Shown: positions 43,865 through 55,610, numbered from the stretch's first letter. The stretch: DNA of 64,000 nucleotides from Myxococcota bacterium (GCA_035541475.1 DATKND010000047.1:508-64507), one strand, 5' to 3'. Translations and numbers: made by a program. Notes: a model not told the origin generated them from the sequence alone.

Positions 43865-44612
43865 CGAGCGAGAGCAGCGCGAGCTGGATCGACGCGAGAC
43901 CCGCGAGCGCGAGCGCGAAGGCCGTCGCGATGCCGAGGCGCTCGAGGCCGAGGCCGAGCACGGCGAAGAAGACCGCGAGCCCGTAGAGGCCGTTGCCGAG
44001 GCCGCGCAGCAGATAGACGGCGAACTCGGGCCCCTGCGTGCGGTGCCACGAGACCGTCAGCACGGTGGTCGCGACGGGGAAGACGGTCAGCAGGCCGCTC
44101 CAGGTGGGTCCCAGCGCGTCGGCGAGCGCGGTCACGCCGATCATCAGCGCGGCGCCGGCGCCCATCCGCCCGAAGAGGCCCGCGCGCGAGACGGGCCGGA
44201 CGCGCGGCGGCGGCGGCGGACGCGGCGTCAGCACCTGGACGCAGAGCGGCGACGCGAGCGCGAGCGCGCCGGCGCCCGCCAGGCTCGGATCGAGTCGCTT
44301 CAGCGCGAGCGTCGTGAGCGCGAAGCCAAAGAGCCCCGCCAGCAGGCTCACGGGCCAGCCGCGGCGGAGACACGTTCGCGCGTAGAGGATGCAGAAGGCG
44401 GCGACGGCGAGGAGCGCCGCGAGGGTCGCGACGGCCGAGCGCGCCTCGAACGCGGCCCCCTGCTCGATCGCGACGAAGAGCGCGATCGGGCCCGCGACGA
44501 CCGGCAGCGCCGTCAGCACGCCCGCGACGCGAGGCCCCGTGCGCTGCCCGATCACCGTCACCGCGCCGATCAGCGCGGGCACGAGGAGCAGCTTCAGCAG
44601 GAAGGAGGTCAG
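43824..44612 (-). CDS. Multi-pass membrane protein with an internal two-fold repeat
   Basis: GPRVAGVLTALPVV and GPTWSGLLTVFPVA repeats (DUF3147-like pattern). The only plausible start is CTG at 44612, overlapping the cupin stop (CTGA). Confidence 0.65.
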   Translation of the reverse strand: MTSFLLKLLLVPALIGAVTVIGQRTGPRVAGVLTALPVVAGPIALFVAIEQGAAFEARSAVATLAALLAVAAFCILYARTCLRRGWPVSLLAGLFGFALTTLALKRLDPSLAGAGALALASPLCVQVLTPRPPPPPRVRPVSRAGLFGRMGAGAALMIGVTALADALGPTWSGLLTVFPVATTVLTVSWHRTQGPEFAVYLLRGLGNGLYGLAVFFAVLGLGLERLGIATAFALALAGLASIQLALLSLATRAALRPASPPR

Positions 44613-45088
44613 GCCTCCAGCACCTTCGGGCGCGGCAGCTTCTGCGCCTCGCAGATTGCGTAGTAGAAGGCGAGCGTCGTCGGGCCGTCGTCCACGCGCC
44701 AGATCGAGCCGTCGGGCGCGAGATTCAGGTTCGAGCCGCGCATCACGAAGAGCACGTCGGTCGGCTCCGTGTTGTCGGCATCGACGGTCAAGGTGTGGAC
44801 GGAGCCCGCCGGCTCGTAGATGTAGGTGCCGGCGCGATAGCGGATCCCGTACTCCGCGTAGTGCCAGCAGCCCGAGAGCGTGAAGCCGTGCACGTCGCCC
44901 GTGTGGCGATGGGTCGGGATCGCAACGCCCGGCGCGAAGCGGTTGCGCACGACCCAGACGCCCGTGTCGCGCACGACGCGCAGCACCTTCAGCTCGATGC
45001 CCTCGCCGACGAAGACCCACGGCAGCTCGTCGTCGCGCACGTGGCCGACGAGGGGAAGCGGCGGAGCCAGGCTCGCGGCGGCGCTCAT
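44609..45088 (-). CDS. Cupin (2,4'-dihydroxyacetophenone dioxygenase / ChrR-like)
   Basis: LPWV, RFAPG..IPTHRHTGDVHGFTLSG.W.Y.EY, YEPAGSVHTL. ATG at 45088. Confidence 0.85.
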   Translation of the reverse strand: MSAAASLAPPLPLVGHVRDDELPWVFVGEGIELKVLRVVRDTGVWVVRNRFAPGVAIPTHRHTGDVHGFTLSGCWHYAEYGIRYRAGTYIYEPAGSVHTLTVDADNTEPTDVLFVMRGSNLNLAPDGSIWRVDDGPTTLAFYYAICEAQKLPRPKVLEA

Positions 45089-45178
45089 GGCGATCTCCAG
45101 GTCGCGCAGCGTAGCGGTGGGTCTCGCCACGGGCACGTGCGCGCGCGTACCATGCGGCCCCCAGCCAGGAGACCGCCG

Positions 45179-46279
45179 ATGCGAGCTGCGATCCTCGAGA
45201 AGCAGAACGAACCCCTCGCCCTTCGAAACGACGTGGAGATCCGCGACCCGGGACCGGGTCAGGTGCGCGTGCGCGTCACGCACTGCGGGATCTGCCACTC
45301 CGATCTCTCCGTGATCGACGGCGCGTTCCCGTCTCCGACGCCGATCGTGCTCGGCCACGAAGCCGCCGGCGTGGTGGATTCGATCGGCGCCGGCGTGCGC
45401 AGCGTCGCACCCGGAGACTCCGTCGTGCTGACGCCGTGTCCGCCCTGCGGCCGCTGCTACTGGTGCGTGCGCGGCGAGGCGTCCCACTGCGAGCTCGGGC
45501 TCGGCCTCTTGACCCACGCCTTTCCCGACGGCAGCACGGGACTCTCGCGCGGCGGCCAGACGGTGCTGCGCGGCCTCAACATCGGCGGCTTCGCGGAGTA
45601 CGCGCTGCTCTCCGAGACCGGCGCGGTGCGCGTGCCGAAGGATGTGCCGCTCGACGTCGTGTGCGTGATCGGCTGCGCGGTGCAGACGGGAGTCGGCGCC
45701 GTGCTCAACACCGCGAAGGTCGAGGAGGGATCCACGGTGCTCGTGCTCGGGCTCGGCGGCATCGGGCTCTCGGTCGTGCAGGGCGCGCGCATCGCGGGGG
45801 CCGCGCGCATCATGGGCGTCGACCCGGTCGCGGCGCGCCGCCACGCCGCCAAGGCGATGGGCGCGACGGACACGCTCGACCCCGGCAGCGACGACGTCGC
45901 GGCGCGCGTGCGCGAGATCACGTCCGGCATCGGCGTCGACTACGCCTTCGAGTGCGCGGGCCGCGCGAGCCTGGTCGAGGCCGGGCTCGCCGCGACGCGC
46001 AACGGCGGCACCACGGTCTGCGTCGGCGCGCCGCCGATCGGCGAGTCGATCACCTTGGCGCCCGCCGCCCTCTTCACGGTGTCGGGCAAGAAGCTGATGG
46101 GGACGATCCTCGGCGGCGCCAACTCGCTGCGCGAGATCCCGCGCCTCGTCTCGCTCTGGCAGTCCGGCCGCCTCGATCTCGAGGCGCTGATCACCGCGCG
46201 GCGACCGCTCGCGGAGATCAACGCGGCGCTCGACGACCTGCGCGCCAGCAAGGGCATCCGCACGGTGCTCGCGTGCTGA
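45179..46279 (+). CDS. Zn-dependent alcohol dehydrogenase
   Basis: GICHSD, LGHEAAG, structural Zn site CGRCYWC...C, GCAVQTGVGA, GLGGIG. Confidence 0.93.
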   Translation: MRAAILEKQNEPLALRNDVEIRDPGPGQVRVRVTHCGICHSDLSVIDGAFPSPTPIVLGHEAAGVVDSIGAGVRSVAPGDSVVLTPCPPCGRCYWCVRGEASHCELGLGLLTHAFPDGSTGLSRGGQTVLRGLNIGGFAEYALLSETGAVRVPKDVPLDVVCVIGCAVQTGVGAVLNTAKVEEGSTVLVLGLGGIGLSVVQGARIAGAARIMGVDPVAARRHAAKAMGATDTLDPGSDDVAARVREITSGIGVDYAFECAGRASLVEAGLAATRNGGTTVCVGAPPIGESITLAPAALFTVSGKKLMGTILGGANSLREIPRLVSLWQSGRLDLEALITARRPLAEINAALDDLRASKGIRTVLAC

Positions 46280-46307
46280 CCTCGGCGCGCCCTGGCTGGG
46301 AGGCCCT

Positions 46308-47066
46308 GTGAGCTCGTTCGCGATCGCGGCGGTCGTCTTCCTCTGCACCTTCGTGGGGGGCCGGCTCGGCATCCGCACGCACGAGTCCCTGCCCGAGCAA
46401 CACCTGAGCGGCGAATCCAAGGACGTCGTGCGCGTTTGCATGAGCCTGATCGCGACCATGACGGCGCTGATCCTCGGCCTCGTGACGGCGTCCGCCAAGG
46501 CTTCCTTCGACGCCCAGGACGCGGCGGTCCACTCCGCGACCGCCGACATCCTGGTGCTCGACCGCACGCTCGCGGCCTACGGACCCGAGACGGCCCCGCT
46601 GCGCGATGCGCTGCGCGAGACGATGCGCGCGCGGTTCGAGGCCACCGAAAGGGCTGACTCGCCGGTGGACGTGGGAAGCGAGCCTGGCGCGCCGCGGCCG
46701 GGCGAGCGGCTCCTGCAGGGGATCCTCGCGCTGACGCCGAAGGACGACGCGCAGCGCTGGGAGCAGTCGCAGGCGCTCTCCATCGGCAGCGAGGTGCTGA
46801 AGACGCGCTGGCTCTCCGCCCTCGGCGAGAACAACTCCGTCTCGACGCCCTTCCTGATCGTGATCGTCTTCTGGCTCACCACGATCTTCTGGAGCTTCGG
46901 CCTGTTCGCGCCGCGCAACGCGACCGTGGCGGCGGTGATGCTGCTCTCCGCGCTCTCCGTCTCCGCAAGCGTGTTCCTGATCCTCGAGATGCAGACGCCC
47001 TTCACGGGTCTGCTCCGGATCTCGAACGCGCCGCTGCGCTTGGCGCTGCAGCAGCTCGGAGGCTAG
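46308..47066 (+). CDS. DUF4239 / bestrophin-like membrane protein
   Basis: LIATMTALILGLVTASAK.SF, LDR.LA.YGPE...R..L, FGLFAPRN, ILEMQTPF.G. Confidence 0.75.
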   Translation: MSSFAIAAVVFLCTFVGGRLGIRTHESLPEQHLSGESKDVVRVCMSLIATMTALILGLVTASAKASFDAQDAAVHSATADILVLDRTLAAYGPETAPLRDALRETMRARFEATERADSPVDVGSEPGAPRPGERLLQGILALTPKDDAQRWEQSQALSIGSEVLKTRWLSALGENNSVSTPFLIVIVFWLTTIFWSFGLFAPRNATVAAVMLLSALSVSASVFLILEMQTPFTGLLRISNAPLRLALQQLGG

Positions 47067-47080
47067 GCGAGCCCTCGGAG

Positions 47081-47449
47081 ATGAAACTTCGGTGGGTCCC
47101 CCTGCTCGCGCTGGCCGCCGGCTGCGCGCTCGACGTGCAGCCGATCCGCTACCCGGAATCCGCGGAGATCGACCCGCTCCCCGACGACTGCACGGTGCGG
47201 GTGCTCGAGTGGCACCGCGGGCCCGAGGGTGAGTGCCGCGAGGTCGGCGACGTCTACGTCGGCGACCGGGGCCTCGCGATCTTCTCCGGCTGCGGGAAGG
47301 AGCGCGTCCTCGGCGAGATCCGCACCCAGGCGTGCCGCCTCGGCGCCGACACCGCGCTGGTTCGGCGCATCAAGGACTTCGGCACCTCCTGCTACGAGGC
47401 GCGCGCGCGTCTGCTGCGCTGCAACCCGGATCCCGAGGCCCGATCGTGA
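47081..47449 (+). CDS. Small Cys-rich lipoprotein
   Basis: MKLRWVPLLALAAGC lipobox; ACRLGAD resembles YbjQ/RcsF-like small domains. Confidence 0.6.
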   Translation: MKLRWVPLLALAAGCALDVQPIRYPESAEIDPLPDDCTVRVLEWHRGPEGECREVGDVYVGDRGLAIFSGCGKERVLGEIRTQACRLGADTALVRRIKDFGTSCYEARARLLRCNPDPEARS

Positions 47450-47904
47450 GCGCGCGCGCCGCGGGCCTCGGCGTGCTCGCCGCGCTCGCGTTGGCGGAGG
47501 CGGGCTGCGCGACGGTCGCGGCCGGCGGCGGGCTGCAGAAGATCCGGATCGAGAGCGATCCGCCGGGCGCGCTCGTGACGGTGCTCCCGGACGCGACGCG
47601 CTTCACGACGCCCGTGCAGATGCTCCTCACGCGGCGCGAGGCGCGCACGCTCCGGATCGAGCTCGCGGGCTACTGCCGCGAGACGGTGTACCTCGACCGC
47701 GTCACCAGCATCGAGCGCGACATGCCGCTTCCCTTCGGCTTCGGCGTGGGGCTCTGGATCGACACGCACAGCGGCGCGGCCTACACCTTGCGGCCCGACA
47801 AGGTCCGCGTGCACCTCTGGCCCCGCGAGTCGCCGGACCGCGAGTGCGGCGCCGCGAGCTCGATGCCGCGAACGACGCCGCTGCCGCCGACGGAGCCGCT
47901 GTAG
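47446..47904 (+). CDS. PEGA-domain lipoprotein
   Basis: GTGA overlap with the upstream stop; AGCATV lipobox, IRIESDPPGA.V, TTPV, RIELAGY. Confidence 0.7.
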   Translation: MSARAAGLGVLAALALAEAGCATVAAGGGLQKIRIESDPPGALVTVLPDATRFTTPVQMLLTRREARTLRIELAGYCRETVYLDRVTSIERDMPLPFGFGVGLWIDTHSGAAYTLRPDKVRVHLWPRESPDRECGAASSMPRTTPLPPTEPL

Positions 47905-48235
47905 CCGTGATCCGAGATTCGCTGCATTCGCGGCAGGGTTCGGGGACTGCCCCTACGACGACATACGACTTGCTTGCGACTTCACTCGTGAAAGAGAGAG
48001 TGGAACCCGAACCGAACAAGAACGCGAAAATACAGGGAATGTTCTCGACTCGTGCGGCCTGCTGCGGCGGTCGGGAGCCGCAGATTCCCCAGGCCCGTCG
48101 CGATGCTGATTCACCAGCCGCATTCTGAGCGCCGACGAGGCGCTCTGTTGGGAGCCTCGCGGAGGACCAGGGCATGGCCGAGGGACGCGAGATCGTGTGG
48201 ACCATCGGGCACGGTGATCGCGCGAGGTCCGCCGA

Positions 48236-49222
48236 TTGACACGGAGAGGGATCGCGCTGTCGGTCGCCGTCGTTGCGGGCGGCGCCGCCGTGCTCGCGCT
48301 CGCGTGGGTCGACCTTTTCGGCGCGCGCTTGCCGCAGGACACGCTGATCGTCTCGGGGAACATCGAGGCTCACGAGAGCGTCCTCGCCTTCCAGATGGTG
48401 CAGGCCCGGATCGTCGAGCTGCCCTTCGACGAAGGACAGTGGGTGGAGGGCGGGACCGTGCTCGCCCGCGTGGACGACTCCAGCTACCGCCAGGATGTCG
48501 AGGTCGGCGAGTCGGCGGTCGAGGTGCAGGAGCGCCAGCTCGCGGCCGCAGAGCAGAGCCTCGAAGCAGCCGGCAAGACGGTCGCGAGCGACGAGGCGGA
48601 TCTCGCGCAGAAGACCCTCGACGCCGAGCGCGCTAGCGACCTCCTTCGGGGCGGCGTCGCATCGACCCAGACGCGCGACCTCGCGGAGACCGTCCTGAAG
48701 CAGTCGCGCGCGGCGCTCGAGCGCGATCGGGCCCTGGCGCGCGTCGCCGAGAAGAACCTCGCCGTCGCGCGCGCGAGCCTGGAGAGCGCGCGTCAGCGCG
48801 TCGAGCTCGCGCGCATCACACTTGGCTACACGGTTCTGCACGCCCCGTTCTCGGGCGTCATCCTGGTGCGTCAGGCCGAGCTCGGGGAGGTGATGCTGCC
48901 CGGCACACCCGTGCTGACGCTGGCCGACCTCGACCACGTCTGGCTGCGAAGCTACGTCAACGAGCCCGACCTTCCGAAGGTCCACTTCGGTCAGGCCGCG
49001 ACGCTGCGCGCCGACGGCCTGCCGGGCAAGCGCTTCTCCGGGCGCATCTCGTTCATCTCCTCGAAGGCCGAGTTCACGCCCAAGAGTGTCGAGACCCACG
49101 CCGAGCGCGTGACGCTCGTCTACCGCATCAAGATCGACGTCGAAAATCCGGGTCACGAGCTGAAGCCCGGCATGCCCGTGGATGCCCTCATCGATCTCCG
49201 TGCCCCCGATGCCGCCCGCTGA
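48236..49222 (+). CDS. HlyD-family membrane fusion protein (YbhG-like)
   Basis: VSGNIEA, RIVELPFDEG..V..G..L, LHAPFSGVI, ISSKAEFTPK.VET, LKPGMP. Confidence 0.92.
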   Translation: MTRRGIALSVAVVAGGAAVLALAWVDLFGARLPQDTLIVSGNIEAHESVLAFQMVQARIVELPFDEGQWVEGGTVLARVDDSSYRQDVEVGESAVEVQERQLAAAEQSLEAAGKTVASDEADLAQKTLDAERASDLLRGGVASTQTRDLAETVLKQSRAALERDRALARVAEKNLAVARASLESARQRVELARITLGYTVLHAPFSGVILVRQAELGEVMLPGTPVLTLADLDHVWLRSYVNEPDLPKVHFGQAATLRADGLPGKRFSGRISFISSKAEFTPKSVETHAERVTLVYRIKIDVENPGHELKPGMPVDALIDLRAPDAAR

Positions 49223-50152
49223 GGTCGGCGACGCGGTCCGGGTGGAGGCGCTCACCAAGCGATTTGCCGGGGTCACCGCGGTCGATGGCCTCCGCTTCCG
49301 CGTCGGGCCAGCCGAGATCTTCGGGCTGGTGGGCCCCGACGGCGCGGGCAAGTCCACCACGCTCCGCATGCTGGCCGGGGTGCTGCCGCCCGATGCCGGA
49401 TCGGCGTCGGTGGCCGGCTGCGACGTCGTGCGCGAGGCCGAGCGGCTGAAGACGCGCATCAGCTACATGCCGCAGCACTTCGGCCTGTACGAGGACCTCA
49501 CCGTCGAGGAGAACATCCGCTTCTACGCGGACCTGTTCGAGACGGAGCGCAACGCGCGCGAAGAGCGCGCGGGCCGCCTGCTGGCGGCGTCCGGGATGAG
49601 CGAGTTCCGGCGGCGTCTCGCGGGACAACTCTCGGGGGGTATGAAGCAGAAGCTCGGCCTCACCTGCGCCCTGATCCACACCCCGCGCGTGCTGCTGCTC
49701 GACGAGCCCACCACCGGCGTCGACCCGGTCTCGAGGCGCGACTTCTGGCGCATCCTCTACTCGCTCGTCGACGAAGGCGTGACCGTGGTGATCTCGACGT
49801 CCTATCTCGACGAGGCCGAGCGCTGCCATCGGCTGGCGCTCCTGCGGAGCGGGCGTCTCCTGCTCTGCGACACGCCCGCGAATCTCAAGCGTCGCATGCG
49901 CGGCGAGGTGGTGGTGGCGATTTCGCCGCGGCCGCGGGCGGTGCGGGACGCCCTGGCGGGTGCGCCCGGCGTACTCGGCTCGCTGCTCGTCGGTGTCGCC
50001 GTCCACGTCAACGTCGACGATGCCGCCCGCATCCCGGAGCTCCTGCGCGCGCTCGTGGCGGCCGGCGTGCCCTGCGAGTCCCTGCAGCGAGTCGACCCCA
50101 CGATGGAGGACCTCTTCGTGTCGGCGGTCCGCGAAGCGGAGAGGACCGACGC

Positions 50153-50156
<4 letters not shown>
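49209..50156 (+). CDS. ABC transporter ATP-binding subunit (YbhF N-half-like)
   Basis: GPDGAGKST, LSGGMKQK, LLLDEPTTGVDP. Confidence 0.93.
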
Positions 50157-51114
<958 letters not shown>

Positions 51115-51118
<4 letters not shown>

Positions 51119-52251
51119 GCATCCAGAGGCTCACCGCCATCGCTCGCAAGGAGCTGATCCAGATCTGGCGCGACCGCCGCAGCCTGTGGATCGCGCTCTT
51201 CATGCCGATCATGCAGATGGGCCTGATCGGATACGGCGCGAGCCTCGACATCAAGCACGTGCCCGTCTGCGTCTCCGACCGCGAAGGCAGTCAGGAAAGT
51301 CAGGACCTGCTCAAGCGCTTCCAGGCGTCCGTGTACTTCGACCTGGTCGGCAGCGTGGCCGACGACCGAGCGCTCACGGCCGCCATCGACTCCGGCCGCT
51401 GCCGGATCGCGCTCGTCGTGCCGCCGGACTTCTCGCGGACGCTCCGCGACGCCGGAGGCAGCTCGGTCCAGGCGGTGGTGGACGGAACCGACGACAACAG
51501 CGCGAACGTGGCGATCGCCTACGCCCAGGCGGTGATCTCCGGATACTCGGCCGATCTGCGCCTCGACTTCATGCGCCAGCGCGGCCTCGGCGCGCAGGCC
51601 GCCGCGCCGCTCGCCGTCGAGCCGCGAGTCTGGTTCAACGAGGACCTGCAGAGCCGGGCGTTCATCATTCCCGGCGTGGTGGCGATGGTGATGGCGCTGA
51701 TCGGCGCGCTGCTCTCCTCGCTCACGATCGCGCGGGAGTGGGAACGCGGCACGATGGAGCTGCTCATCTCCACGCCCGTGCGCCCCATGGAGATCATGCT
51801 CGGGAAGCTCGTCCCCTACTTCGGAATCGGGCTCCTCGACGCCGCGCTGTGCGCGACGATCGCCGTCGGATGGTTCCAGGTGCCCTTCCGGGGCAGCCTC
51901 GTGATGCTGCTCGGGACCGCGGCGCTGTTCCTGATCGTCGTGCTCGGCGTCGGCTACATCATCTCCGTCCTGACGCGCAACCAGCTCGGGGCGAGCCAGA
52001 TCGCGCTCCTGGTGACGCTACTGCCCACGACGCTGCTGAGCGGCTTCGCGTTTCCGATCGACCAGATGCCCGCGCCGATCCGCGTCCTCACCTATCTCGT
52101 CTACGGTCGCTACTACGTCACCATCCTGAAGGCGATCTTTCTCAAGGGGGCGGGCCCGCAGGACCTGCTCGCGCCGATCCTCGCGCTCGTCGTATACGCC
52201 GTCGCGATCGGTGCGCTCGCCGCGCGCGCCTTCCGCAAGCGGCTGGTGTAG
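51115..52251 (+). CDS. ABC-2 permease (YbhS-like)
   Basis: GTG at 51115; KELIQIWRDRR, VDGTD.NSA, IAREWERGTME.L, LLSGF.FPI. Confidence 0.92.
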
Positions 52252-52255
52252 CGCG

Positions 52256-53389
52256 GTGTTCGCCCGCATCTACCGCCTGATCGTGAAGGAATTCCTCCAG
52301 CTCCGGCGCGACAGGGCGGCGCGCTTCCGCCTGCTGGTTCCTCCGATCGTGCAGATGCTCGTCTATGGCTACGCCGCGACCTTCGAGGTCCACCGCGTGC
52401 CGACGGCGGTGCTCGATCTCGACCACAGCCAGGAGAGTCGCGAGCTGCTGGCGCGCTTCACGTCGAGCGGCCGATTCGAGGTGCGTGCGGTGCTGGAAGA
52501 CCGCGACGAGATCGCCCGCGTGATCGATCGCGAGCAGGCGACGCTGGTGCTGCAGATCCTTCCCGGCTTCGCGGAGCTGCTGCGAAAGGGCGAGACGGCG
52601 TCGCTCCAGGTGATCCTGGACGGCACGAACTCCAACACCGCGCTGATCGCCCTCGGCTACGTCAACCAGATCGTGTCCCGATTCGCCGACGACTATGTGA
52701 TCGATCGCCTGCGTCGCCTGCGACCCGACCTGATCCAGGTCCTGCCGGAGGTGCGCATGGAACAACGCCCCTGGTACAACCCCGACTTCAACAGCCGCTG
52801 GTTCTTCGTACCCGGGGTGGTCGGGAGCCTCGCGCTCGTGATCATCGCCAACCTGACGGCCTTCGCCGTGGTGCGAGAGCGCGAGATGGGCACGCTCGAG
52901 CAGGTGATCGTCACGCCGATCCACCGCGCCGAGTTCATCCTCGGCAAGACCATTCCCTTCTTCCTCGTCGGCCTCGCCGAGGTGCTGGTGATCTCGCTGG
53001 TCGGAACGCTCTGGTTCCAGGTGCCGTTCCGCGGCGATCCGTTGGTGCTGCTGGCGGGCGCATCGCTCTTCCTGCTGAGCATGCTCGGCGTCGGCCTGCT
53101 GATCTCCACGCTCTGTACCACGCAGCAGCAGGCATTCGCCTCGAACTTCTTCTTCCTGAGCCCGGCGCTCCTGCTCTCGGGCTTCAGCTTCCCCATCTCG
53201 AGCATGCCGACGGCGTTGCAGTGGCTGACCTACGTGAATCCCCTTCGCTACTTCCTCGTCGTGCTGCGCGGCACGTTCCTGAAGGGCGTGGGCTTCGCCG
53301 TGCTCTGGCCCCAGATGGCAGGCATGGCGGCGATCGCGCTCCTGCTGCTCGTCGTGAGCGCTCTGCGCTTCCGGAAATCGCTCGAGTGA
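52256..53389 (+). CDS. ABC-2 permease (YbhR-like)
   Basis: GTG at 52256; KEFLQLRRD, DGTNSNTA, WYNP, VREREMGTLEQ, LLSGFSFPI. Confidence 0.92.
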   Translation: MFARIYRLIVKEFLQLRRDRAARFRLLVPPIVQMLVYGYAATFEVHRVPTAVLDLDHSQESRELLARFTSSGRFEVRAVLEDRDEIARVIDREQATLVLQILPGFAELLRKGETASLQVILDGTNSNTALIALGYVNQIVSRFADDYVIDRLRRLRPDLIQVLPEVRMEQRPWYNPDFNSRWFFVPGVVGSLALVIIANLTAFAVVREREMGTLEQVIVTPIHRAEFILGKTIPFFLVGLAEVLVISLVGTLWFQVPFRGDPLVLLAGASLFLLSMLGVGLLISTLCTTQQQAFASNFFFLSPALLLSGFSFPISSMPTALQWLTYVNPLRYFLVVLRGTFLKGVGFAVLWPQMAGMAAIALLLLVVSALRFRKSLE

Positions 53390-53623
53390 GCAGCTACGAG
53401 CGGATGCTCGCCCGGCACCCCGATTCTGGTCTACCACCGAGCGGGATCGAGCAGGCCGGCCGGGATTCCGGTCCTGTTCGCGCGCCGATCTTCGCTGCCC
53501 GACGCCGGTCGGTGGCAAGAGCGAGTCCAGGCCGTCCCTTCCATCCGATGCGCCGCGCGCTGCGCGTCCTTCGCACGGAGCCGTGTCCGCGGACTGATGC
53601 CGTGACATTGCTAGGCTGCCGCC

Positions 53624-54814
53624 GTGGACGCTGATCGTCGCGTTTCGCAGCTCGCCGCGCCGGAGGCGACGCTCGAGATCGAGGGCGACGCGATGCGCTG
53701 CGTCGGCGCCTGGACCGTCGACGCCGCGGCCGGGTTGGAGCACTGGCTCGCGGGCCGGCCTCGCACGCGCCTGGAACGCGCGATCGGCGAGCCGGATGGG
53801 AAGGAGCGCACGGCGGGCCGTGCCGGGATCTCGATCGACGGCTCGGAGCTGGTTGCTCTCGACACGGCCGGCGCGTGGCTGCTACAGCGGATGGTCGGGA
53901 CGCTCGCGAATGCGGGTCGAAGGCCCGTGCTCACGGGATTCCGCCCGGAGCACACGGCGTTGCTGCAGATGGTCGGCGAGCCCGCCATGCGGGCGGCGTT
54001 TCCCGCGCCCGCGTCGGCGCCTGGACTGCTGGCGCGTGTCGGCCGTCTCGCATGGACCCGCATCGGTCGAGGTTCCGAGCTCCTGGAGTTCATCGGCGAG
54101 GTCGGGATCGCGGCCGCCCGCTCCGCCGTGCGGCCGGCGCGCATCCGCTGGCGCCCGATCCTCTACAACATCCGCACCGCCGGGTTCGACGCGCTACCGA
54201 TCGCGGGCCTGCTCGTCTTCCTCATGGGCATCGTGATCGCCTATCAGGGCGCCACGCAGCTGAAGCGTTACGGAGCGAACATCTTTGTCGCCGACCTCGT
54301 CGGGCTCTCGATGCTGCGCGAGCTCTCTCCGCTCCTCACGGCGATCATCGTTGCCGGACGCTCGGGCTCCGCCTACGCCGCGCAGATCGGCACGATGAAG
54401 GTCACGGAGGAGATCGACGCGCTGCGCACGGTCGGCATCCCGCCGCTCGATCAGCTCGTACTGCCGAAGCTCGCAGCGCTCGCGATTGCGCTCCCCCTCC
54501 TGACGGTCTATGCGGATGCCCTCGGTGTCGCAGGCGGCATGGTGATGGCGCGCACCGAGCTCGGCGTCGGATTCCCGGAGTTCGCGGACCGTCTCCAGCA
54601 TGCTCTCTACCTCTCGGACTTCCTGGTCGGTATCGGCAAGGCGCCAGTCTTTGCTGCGATCATCTCGGTGATCGGCTGCTTCCAGGGCTTCCAGGTCGCG
54701 GGCGACGCAGAGAGCGTGGGGCACCGGACGACGGTGAGCGTGGTGCAGTCGATCTTCCTCGTCATCGTCGCCGACGCTCTCTTCTCCGTCGTCTTCGCGC
54801 GGCTCGGGATCTGA
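53624..54814 (+). CDS. mlaE: MlaE-family ABC permease with N-terminal STAS-like domain
   Basis: LRELSPLLTAIIVAGRSGSAYAAQIGTMKVTEEIDAL. Confidence 0.9.
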   Translation: MDADRRVSQLAAPEATLEIEGDAMRCVGAWTVDAAAGLEHWLAGRPRTRLERAIGEPDGKERTAGRAGISIDGSELVALDTAGAWLLQRMVGTLANAGRRPVLTGFRPEHTALLQMVGEPAMRAAFPAPASAPGLLARVGRLAWTRIGRGSELLEFIGEVGIAAARSAVRPARIRWRPILYNIRTAGFDALPIAGLLVFLMGIVIAYQGATQLKRYGANIFVADLVGLSMLRELSPLLTAIIVAGRSGSAYAAQIGTMKVTEEIDALRTVGIPPLDQLVLPKLAALAIALPLLTVYADALGVAGGMVMARTELGVGFPEFADRLQHALYLSDFLVGIGKAPVFAAIISVIGCFQGFQVAGDAESVGHRTTVSVVQSIFLVIVADALFSVVFARLGI

Positions 54815-54815
54815 G

Positions 54816-55610
54816 ATGGGCGAGCCGGGTCGCGCGCGCGAGCCGATCATCACGGTGCGCGCACTGTGCACTCGCTTCGGGGAAGCCGTGGTGCACGACG
54901 GTGTCAGCCTCGACGTGTGCGAGGGTGAGATCTTCGCCCTCGCGGGCGCGAGCGGCTGCGGCAAGTCCACCTTGCTGCGCGAGCTGATCCTGCTGCACCG
55001 GCCCGACTCGGGCTCGATCCGCGTGTTCGGGCGCGACATCTCGGGCCTCGGCGACGAGGAGGCGCTGGCGCTGCGCCGCAACTGGGGCGTCCTGTTCGAG
55101 CGCGGAGCGCTGTTCGGGTCGCTCACGGTGAGCGAGAACGTCGGTCTTCCGCTCCGCGAGCACACGCGCCTCAGCGACCGCCTGATCGACGAGATCGCCG
55201 CGGTGAAGATCGCGCTCACAGGCCTTCCGCCGAGCGCCGGTCTCAAGTACCCGTCCGAGCTCTCCGGCGGCATGCGCAAGCGAGCGGCTCTCGCGCGGGC
55301 CATCGCCCTCGACCCGAAGCTGCTCTTCCTCGACGAACCCACGGCCGGGCTCGATCCGCTGAGCGCCGCCGGATTCGACGAGCTCGTGCGCCAGCTGAAG
55401 GAGCTCCTCGGGCTCACGATCTTCATGGTCACGCACGACCTCGATCTGCTCTGGCGCGTGGCGGACCGCGTGGCGTTCATGGTCGGGGGGAGGATCGTGG
55501 GCGTCGGCACCATGCAGGAGCTCTCGAAGTCACAAGAGCCCCTGGTGCGAGAGTATTTCTATGGGCCCCGCGGCAGGGGCGCCCGGGAGCAGGCATGGAA
55601 ACGAAAGTGA
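54816..55610 (+). CDS. mlaF: MlaF/Ttg2A-family ABC ATPase
   Basis: GASGCGKST, LSGGMRKRAALARAIALDP, DEPTAGLDP. Confidence 0.9.
   Translation: MGEPGRAREPIITVRALCTRFGEAVVHDGVSLDVCEGEIFALAGASGCGKSTLLRELILLHRPDSGSIRVFGRDISGLGDEEALALRRNWGVLFERGALFGSLTVSENVGLPLREHTRLSDRLIDEIAAVKIALTGLPPSAGLKYPSELSGGMRKRAALARAIALDPKLLFLDEPTAGLDPLSAAGFDELVRQLKELLGLTIFMVTHDLDLLWRVADRVAFMVGGRIVGVGTMQELSKSQEPLVREYFYGPRGRGAREQAWKRK

Noticed and set aside
47953-48235. ORFs or an sRNA in the AT-richer spacer before the efflux operon
   Set aside because: Translations show no recognisable pattern and no terminator was seen; most simply promoter DNA.
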